Origin: an uncultured Planctomycetales bacterium
GTDB lineage: Bacteria; Omnitrophota; Gorgyraeia; Zapsychrales; Fredricksoniimonadaceae
Assembly (NCBI GenBank): GCA_964572155.1
Contig: CAZNDZ010000001.1
Coordinates: 207,300 to 271,299 of the forward strand
Reading direction: 5' to 3'
DNA length: 64,000 nt
Positions 56,376 through 64,000 of the stretch are shown in pieces. The notes under the pieces are model-generated. The model searched no databases. It worked only from the letters and a program-made list of their open reading frames with translations, and had not been told where the DNA came from. Each line of letters starts with the position of its first letter. Position 1 is the stretch's first letter. A program made the position numbers and the translations under genes.

Positions 56376-58838
56376 TTAAATTGCGTCTTCTTCTTTCCCG
56401 ACCACATGTGCAATCGCAATAACCTTGTCACCCTTTGCCAAGTTGATCAATTTAACGCCAATCGCACTACGACCTGTTTCACGAATTTCCGACGGAGATG
56501 AACGTACGACCATGCCTTGTTTGGTCACGGCCATGATTTCATCGTCATCATTGGTTGCCATAACCCCAACAACAGGGCCGTTCTTATCGGTCAATTTCAC
56601 ATTGATGATGCCTTTGCCGGCGCGTGATTGCGTGCGGTAATCAGCAAAATCAGAACGCTTGGCATATCCGAGTTCACAGACGGTAAGCAACTTCGCGCCG
56701 GTCTTATCAACGTCGGGGGCAAAGACCAACATGCCAACCACGTAATCGCCCTTGTCTAAATTAATACCATTAACGCCCTTGGCAGAACGACCCATGTCAC
56801 GCAATTGTTTTTCTGGGAAGCGTACCGCAATGCCTTGGTGGGTTGCGAGCAATACATCTTCTTTGCCGTTGCTTAAACCAACACCAATTAATGCATCGCC
56901 TTTTTCTAAACCAATACCAACGATGCCGCCTTTGCGTGGATTACCAAACGCAGAGAGCATGGTCTTTTTAACAAGGCCCATCTTGGTTGCAAAAACTAAG
57001 TATTGATCATCGCGGAATTCTTTAACAGCAACGATCGCGCTAATTTCTTCCTCGGGTTTAAACGATAGTAAGTTTACAATCGCCTTGCCCTTGGCTGTGC
57101 GTGATGCGGCAGGGATTTCATAAACCTTAAGCCAGCGCACCGTCCCGTTATTTGAGAAGATGAGTAAGAAGTCTTTGGACGACGCCACAAACATGCGCTC
57201 CACAAAGTCTTCTTCGCCGGTGGTCATCGCCGTGACCCCTTTGCCACCGCGTTTTTGCGAACGGTAGCTATCAACGCTTAAGCGTTTGATATAGCCTTTG
57301 TTACTGATCGTGATCGCCATGTCTTCGTCGGCAATTAAATCTTCAATTTCAATGTCTTCGGCCTTGCCTGTGATTTCTGTGCGGCGAGGATCGGCATATT
57401 TTTTCTTAATCATCAACAATTCTTCTTTGATGATACCATCGACACGCTTGTCGGAATTGATAATCGAGCGATAATTATCGATGTCTTTGAGCAATTGTTG
57501 ATATTCCGCTTCGATCTTATCGCGTTCCAATGCTGCCAAGCGTTGCAGTTGCATTTCCAAAATGGCTTGGGCTTGCACGTCGGATAAATCAAATTTGCGG
57601 ATGAGCGCTTCTTTAGCTTCCTGGGTGGTCTTAGCTGCACGGATGGTCTTGATGATTTCATCCAAATGCTTAAAGGCGATTTTCAAACCTTCTAAGATGT
57701 GCGCACGACGCAAGGCTTTGTCTAAATCAAATTGGGTTCTGCGACGGATAATCAAACGGCGATGGGCAATGTAGTAGCTCATCAATTGTTTTAAATTAAG
57801 TACCTTGGGGCTTTTGTTGACGAGCGCCAAGTTGATGATCCCAAAAATCACTTCCATTTGGGTGTGCTTGTATAAGTAATTTAAAACAATGTTTGGATCA
57901 ACTTCACGACGCAATTCGATCACAACGCGGATACCATCCTTGTCGCTCTCATCGCGAATGTCTGTAATCCCGTCGATTTGTTTATTTTGAACTTGATCGG
58001 CGATGGCTAAAATCAAGTTGGCTTTATTAACTTGGTAGGGCAACTCATTGATGATGATGGCTTCTTTGTTGCTCTTTTGTTGTTCGATCGATGTTCTAGC
58101 ACGGATGATGATTTTGCCACGACCCGTGTTATACGCATTAACAATACCTTCTTTACCACAAATGATGCCCGCTGTTGGAAAATCTGGCCCTTTAACATGC
58201 TTCATCAAATCTTTGATGGTTGATTCAGGATTATCGAGCAAGGTAACAATACCGTCGACAACTTCACCTAAATTATGAGGCGCCATATTGGTCGCCATCC
58301 CAACCGCAATACCCGATGACCCATTAACCAATAAATTAGGGATCATCCCTGGTAAAATATCTGGCTCTTCAAGTGATCCGTCGAAGTTTGGTGAAAATTC
58401 CACAGTTTCTTTTTCAATGTCATTGAGCATTTCTTCGGCAACAGCTGCCATGCGAGCTTCCGTATAACGCATCGCCGCCGCTGTATCACCGTCGATAGAA
58501 CCAAAGTTACCTTGGCCGTCAATCAAAGGATAACGCAAGGAGAAATCTTGCACCATGCGCACCATGGTGTAATACACGGCTGAATCACCGTGGGGATGGT
58601 ATTTACCCAACACTTCCCCAACGATACGCGCGCTTTTCTTATAGGGTTTATTGTGCTCAAGATTAAGTTCCCGCATCGCATATAAAATACGACGGTGAAC
58701 GGGCTTTAAACCATCACGCACATCCGGCAAAGCACGGCCAACAATGACCGACATCGAGTACGAAAGGTACGACTTCTTCATTTCCTCTTCGATATATACC
58801 GGAACAATCTTTTCTTTTTTATTTAAATCGCGAGACAT
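56376..58838 (-). CDS. gyrA: DNA gyrase subunit A
   Basis: 820 aa; ...[29 protein letters not shown]...[11 protein letters not shown]... (active-site Tyr region); C-terminal beta-pinwheel repeats. Confidence 0.95.
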   Translation of the reverse strand: MSRDLNKKEKIVPVYIEEEMKKSYLSYSMSVIVGRALPDVRDGLKPVHRRILYAMRELNLEHNKPYKKSARIVGEVLGKYHPHGDSAVYYTMVRMVQDFSLRYPLIDGQGNFGSIDGDTAAAMRYTEARMAAVAEEMLNDIEKETVEFSPNFDGSLEEPDILPGMIPNLLVNGSSGIAVGMATNMAPHNLGEVVDGIVTLLDNPESTIKDLMKHVKGPDFPTAGIICGKEGIVNAYNTGRGKIIIRARTSIEQQKSNKEAIIINELPYQVNKANLILAIADQVQNKQIDGITDIRDESDKDGIRVVIELRREVDPNIVLNYLYKHTQMEVIFGIINLALVNKSPKVLNLKQLMSYYIAHRRLIIRRRTQFDLDKALRRAHILEGLKIAFKHLDEIIKTIRAAKTTQEAKEALIRKFDLSDVQAQAILEMQLQRLAALERDKIEAEYQQLLKDIDNYRSIINSDKRVDGIIKEELLMIKKKYADPRRTEITGKAEDIEIEDLIADEDMAITISNKGYIKRLSVDSYRSQKRGGKGVTAMTTGEEDFVERMFVASSKDFLLIFSNNGTVRWLKVYEIPAASRTAKGKAIVNLLSFKPEEEISAIVAVKEFRDDQYLVFATKMGLVKKTMLSAFGNPRKGGIVGIGLEKGDALIGVGLSNGKEDVLLATHQGIAVRFPEKQLRDMGRSAKGVNGINLDKGDYVVGMLVFAPDVDKTGAKLLTVCELGYAKRSDFADYRTQSRAGKGIINVKLTDKNGPVVGVMATNDDDEIMAVTKQGMVVRSSPSEIRETGRSAIGVKLINLAKGDKVIAIAHVVGKEEDAI

Positions 58839-58849
58839 TGCTACTCCTT

Positions 58850-61276
<2,427 letters not shown>

Positions 61277-61552
61277 TTAACTGATTTTGCCCACTTTAAA
61301 ATAAATTTTGGACACGCTGGGGAAACTTGTTTGAACGTGTTTTAAATATTCATTATTTTCTAATTCCATCTTTACCCGACGGTGTGCAGAATCAACATGA
61401 ACGGTCAGTGTCCCCTCTTTAAGGGATACGGCGCTTGTCTTTCTGTCGCCACCATAATGACGTTGCCACCACACACCAACTTCTGATGCGGCTTGATTCC
61501 CGCGGGATAATGGTGCAATAACTTGTGGAATGATATCTTTAATACTATTCAT
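61277..61552 (-). CDS. DUF721 family protein (DciA-like), in the conserved dnaN-gyrB interval
   Basis: 91 aa between dnaN and gyrB. The position and size fit DUF721/DciA (helicase-loader-associated) proteins. Assignment by synteny and size rather than by a strong motif. Confidence 0.45.
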   Translation of the reverse strand: MNSIKDIIPQVIAPLSRGNQAASEVGVWWQRHYGGDRKTSAVSLKEGTLTVHVDSAHRRVKMELENNEYLKHVQTSFPSVSKIYFKVGKIS

Positions 61553-61580
61553 TTGGCAACCATTAATTTTAAAATTATTT

Positions 61581-62675
61581 TTACAGGCGCATCGGCAATG
61601 CTAAATATAAGTAGTCTTTGAGACGGAAAACACATGGTTTATCCGGTCCTAAGAATTCTAAGAAAATATGTTCATCGTTTAAATTCTTTAACGCATCGAT
61701 GAAAAATTGTGGATTAAATCCGACGATGAGCTCACCTTGGCCATATTCAACCGCGACTTCTTCCCGTGATTCTCCAAGATCTGGGGTTATCTTTGAAATC
61801 ACCAGCTTTTCTTTAAAGACTTCAAACTTGATCGCTTGAAAATCTGGGGTAGATAATAAATTTGCCCGACGGATGGCGGCTAATAAATCTTGTGTTTTAA
61901 CTTTAACTTTATGTTGTACTTCTTTAGGAATAACTTGTTTATAATTTGGAAATTCCCCTTCAATGATGCGAGTGGCAATTAAATTCCCGTCGATATTAAA
62001 CAAAACTTGATTACTAGATCCAATGATCGAACAATTACCTGTATCTTTTAAATTGCGATTAATTTCTGCAATTGCTTTAATTGGGATGATCATGCTGGCA
62101 TCTTTTGATGCAGGTTGTAAAAGTTTTTTCTCCATCTTAGCGAGCCTGCGGCCATCGGTTGCAACCATACGGGCTGTATCGCCACTCACTTCTAATAATA
62201 TCCCATTTAACACATACCGTGATTCTTCAAAAGAAACCGCAAAACTCGTTAAACGGATCATTTCCTTCAAATCGCTTTGTTTAATTAAAATCGCATCTTT
62301 GTCTTTAAATTCTGGGAATTTTGGAAATTCTTCTTTAGGTAAGCCATTTAACTTAAAACGGCAGTTTGCACCTTCAATTTCTATCTGATTATTCTTCCTT
62401 GCATAAACAATCACTTCCCCATTTGGTAATTCTCTAACAATATCGCTAAACTTTTTAGCTGGAATGGTTATCGCGCCTTGTTCATAGGTATGCACAGGTA
62501 ATTCACAGGATATACCTATGTCTAAATCAGTAGTATTAAGTTTTAGAATCTCACCCTTTGCTTCCAATAACATATTAGATAGGATTGGAAGTGTGGCTTT
62601 GGATGAAACAATGTTGCTGACAACTTGAATCCCACCTAATAATGCGTCTTTATTCAGCTTAAATTTCATATTCAC
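61581..62675 (-). CDS. dnaN: DNA polymerase III beta sliding clamp
   Basis: 364 aa, MKFKLNKDALLGGIQVVSNIVSSKATLPILSNMLLEA..., three-domain clamp length, end ...LALPMRL. Confidence 0.95.
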   Translation of the reverse strand: MNMKFKLNKDALLGGIQVVSNIVSSKATLPILSNMLLEAKGEILKLNTTDLDIGISCELPVHTYEQGAITIPAKKFSDIVRELPNGEVIVYARKNNQIEIEGANCRFKLNGLPKEEFPKFPEFKDKDAILIKQSDLKEMIRLTSFAVSFEESRYVLNGILLEVSGDTARMVATDGRRLAKMEKKLLQPASKDASMIIPIKAIAEINRNLKDTGNCSIIGSSNQVLFNIDGNLIATRIIEGEFPNYKQVIPKEVQHKVKVKTQDLLAAIRRANLLSTPDFQAIKFEVFKEKLVISKITPDLGESREEVAVEYGQGELIVGFNPQFFIDALKNLNDEHIFLEFLGPDKPCVFRLKDYLYLALPMRL

Positions 62676-62726
62676 ATCCTTGTCTGCTTTTTACTCTTTT
62701 TAACATTTTCAAGATAGAAGTCATTG

Positions 62727-62735
62727 TAGTAATTG
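62727..62735 (-). promoter_or_regulatory. Perfect DnaA box (TTATCCACA on the minus strand)
   Basis: Plus-strand TGTGGATAA read directly in the dnaA-dnaN spacer. Confidence 0.6.
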
Positions 62736-62799
62736 TTGTGGATAAATTGAACTACGCATAAAACTCATTTATTTTCAACATGTTACAGTTATTAACACC

Positions 62800-62808
62800 T
62801 GTGGATAA
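62800..62808 (-). promoter_or_regulatory. Perfect DnaA box (TTATCCACA on the minus strand)
   Basis: Plus-strand TGTGGATAA read directly, 64 bp from the first box, in the dnaA-dnaN spacer. Confidence 0.6.
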
Positions 62809-62838
62809 CCCTTGAATAAGCTTAAAAGTTGTGCACAG

Positions 62839-64000
62839 CTATTCTAATAGCACAAAACACAAATCATCAATCATTTTCTTCAACTCTTGGCTTTTGGTGG
62901 CTTCTAAATCGATTTTCTTAAATGCATGTAAAATCGTGGTGTGATCTTTACCCCCAAACGCAGCGCCAATTTCTGGTAATGAATGATGTGTTAATTTACG
63001 TGATAAATACATAGCCAATTGTCGCGGCAAGATAATATTTTTATGGCGATTCTTGGTTTTTAAGTCCGCAACCTGTATTTTAAAATAGGAAGCCACTTGC
63101 CGTTGTACCATATCCACACTAATGGTTTTAACGGTTTCCTTAACCATATCTTTTAAAACACTTTTAGCCACTTGTAAAGTAATTGGTTTATCATCTAATA
63201 AGGCATAGGCCACCACGCGGATCATGGCCCCTTCCAGTTCACGGATGTTGGTTTTAATTTCAGAAGCAATAAATGAAACCACATCATCGGGAACAACAAC
63301 AGACTCGAGTTCTAATTTTTTTCTAAGAATGGCCACGCGTGTTTCATAATCTGGTGGCTGAATATCGGTAATCAATCCCCATGCAAAACGGGACACCAAG
63401 CGTTCTTCCAAATTTGCAATTTCTTTAGGCGGCCTGTCAGAACAAATGATGATTTGTTTGCGATGATCGTGCAATACGTTAAAGGTATGAAAGAATTCTT
63501 CTTGGGTGGATTCTTTGCCGGCGATAAAATGAATGTCGTCGATCAATAAGACGTCGATGGTACGATACTTTTGACGAAACGCCTCAGCACTGCGATGGCG
63601 GATGGCATTGATTAATTCATTGGTAAATTGTTCGGATGAAACATAACAAATTTTTAAATGCGGCTGTTTCTGACTAATTTCTTGAGTGATCGCCTGCATC
63701 AAATGCGTTTTACCTAAACCAACGGGACCATAAATAAAAAGAGGGTTATAAGATTTTGCTGGTGATTCTGCAACCGCTTGAGCTGCAGCAAAAGCAAAAC
63801 GGTTTGATGGCCCTACAACAAAATGTTCAAATGAAAAACGCGGATTTAAATGCGCTTGTTTTGAAGGCCCGTCAAAATGTTGCTCGAGGCGATTTAATTT
63901 TTCTTGAACAGGTTTTTTGAGGAGCTCGGCATTGACTTCAAAGTTAACAACGGTCTCCCCATACCCTAAAGATTTAATGCTCTGCTCAATGGTTGTTAGG
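62839..64000 (-). CDS. dnaA: Chromosomal replication initiator DnaA (5' end outside the window)
   Basis: Translation continues past 64000 with no stop: ...PLFIYGPVGLGKTHLMQAITQEI... (Walker A), ...LLIDDIHFIAGKESTQEEFFHTFN... (Walker B / sensor), ...KSQELKKMIDDLCFVLLE (domain IV). Confidence 0.95.
   Translation of the reverse strand, partial: LTTIEQSIKSLGYGETVVNFEVNAELLKKPVQEKLNRLEQHFDGPSKQAHLNPRFSFEHFVVGPSNRFAFAAAQAVAESPAKSYNPLFIYGPVGLGKTHLMQAITQEISQKQPHLKICYVSSEQFTNELINAIRHRSAEAFRQKYRTIDVLLIDDIHFIAGKESTQEEFFHTFNVLHDHRKQIIICSDRPPKEIANLEERLVSRFAWGLITDIQPPDYETRVAILRKKLELESVVVPDDVVSFIASEIKTNIRELEGAMIRVVAYALLDDKPITLQVAKSVLKDMVKETVKTISVDMVQRQVASYFKIQVADLKTKNRHKNIILPRQLAMYLSRKLTHHSLPEIGAAFGGKDHTTILHAFKKIDLEATKSQELKKMIDDLCFVLLE

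Overview
The window is a chromosomal segment next to the replication origin of a bacterium with canonical Shine-Dalgarno sites. Almost every gene is on the minus strand. Reading right to left, the replication core is dnaA (5' end beyond the window), two perfect DnaA boxes, dnaN, a DUF721 (DciA-like) gene, gyrB and gyrA. Next come a plus-strand tRNA-Glu(UUC), a GST, a nitrilase-family C-N hydrolase, an LDH-like malate dehydrogenase and a parvulin (PpiC) lipoprotein. An unusually elaborate Tad/Flp pilus locus follows. It contains cpaB, a secretin with a TonB-C-like tail, a fused CpaE(TadZ)-CpaF(TadA) ATPase, a DUF192 gene and an HTH-containing hypothetical protein. It also has 8 tandem Flp-type pilin genes and 3 further pilin-like proteins of 463, 75 and 1158 aa. 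The 1158-aa protein carries about 5 Cys-rich repeats of ~50 aa. A Cys-rich 111-aa minor pilin, tadB and tadC complete the locus. No prepilin peptidase (tadV) or tadD is visible. Upstream of the locus are a 1352-aa secreted protein with a tandemly duplicated ~315-aa module and a divergent COG1373/DUF4143 AAA ATPase. Most striking, the first 30,457 nt form one uninterrupted minus-strand reading frame of at least 10,152 codons. It starts at ATG 30457 and runs off the window start. The ORF track omits it because it has no in-window stop. It encodes a giant N-terminally membrane-anchored mosaic protein. Checked by hand translation: a C39-like papain-fold peptidase, an SF2 DEAH-box ATPase module, an HExxH motif, a GGDEF cyclase (GGEEF plus RxxD I-site), a RecA-like P-loop segment and a Pro/Thr-rich linker. 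All plus-strand ORFs listed in 1..30457 are antisense shadows. No CRISPR array, IS element or rRNA was seen. The giant gene with the adjacent secreted-repeat protein and hyper-expanded Tad pilus resembles the cell-attachment apparatus described for Omnitrophota-like ultra-small epibionts. This taxonomic link is inference only.
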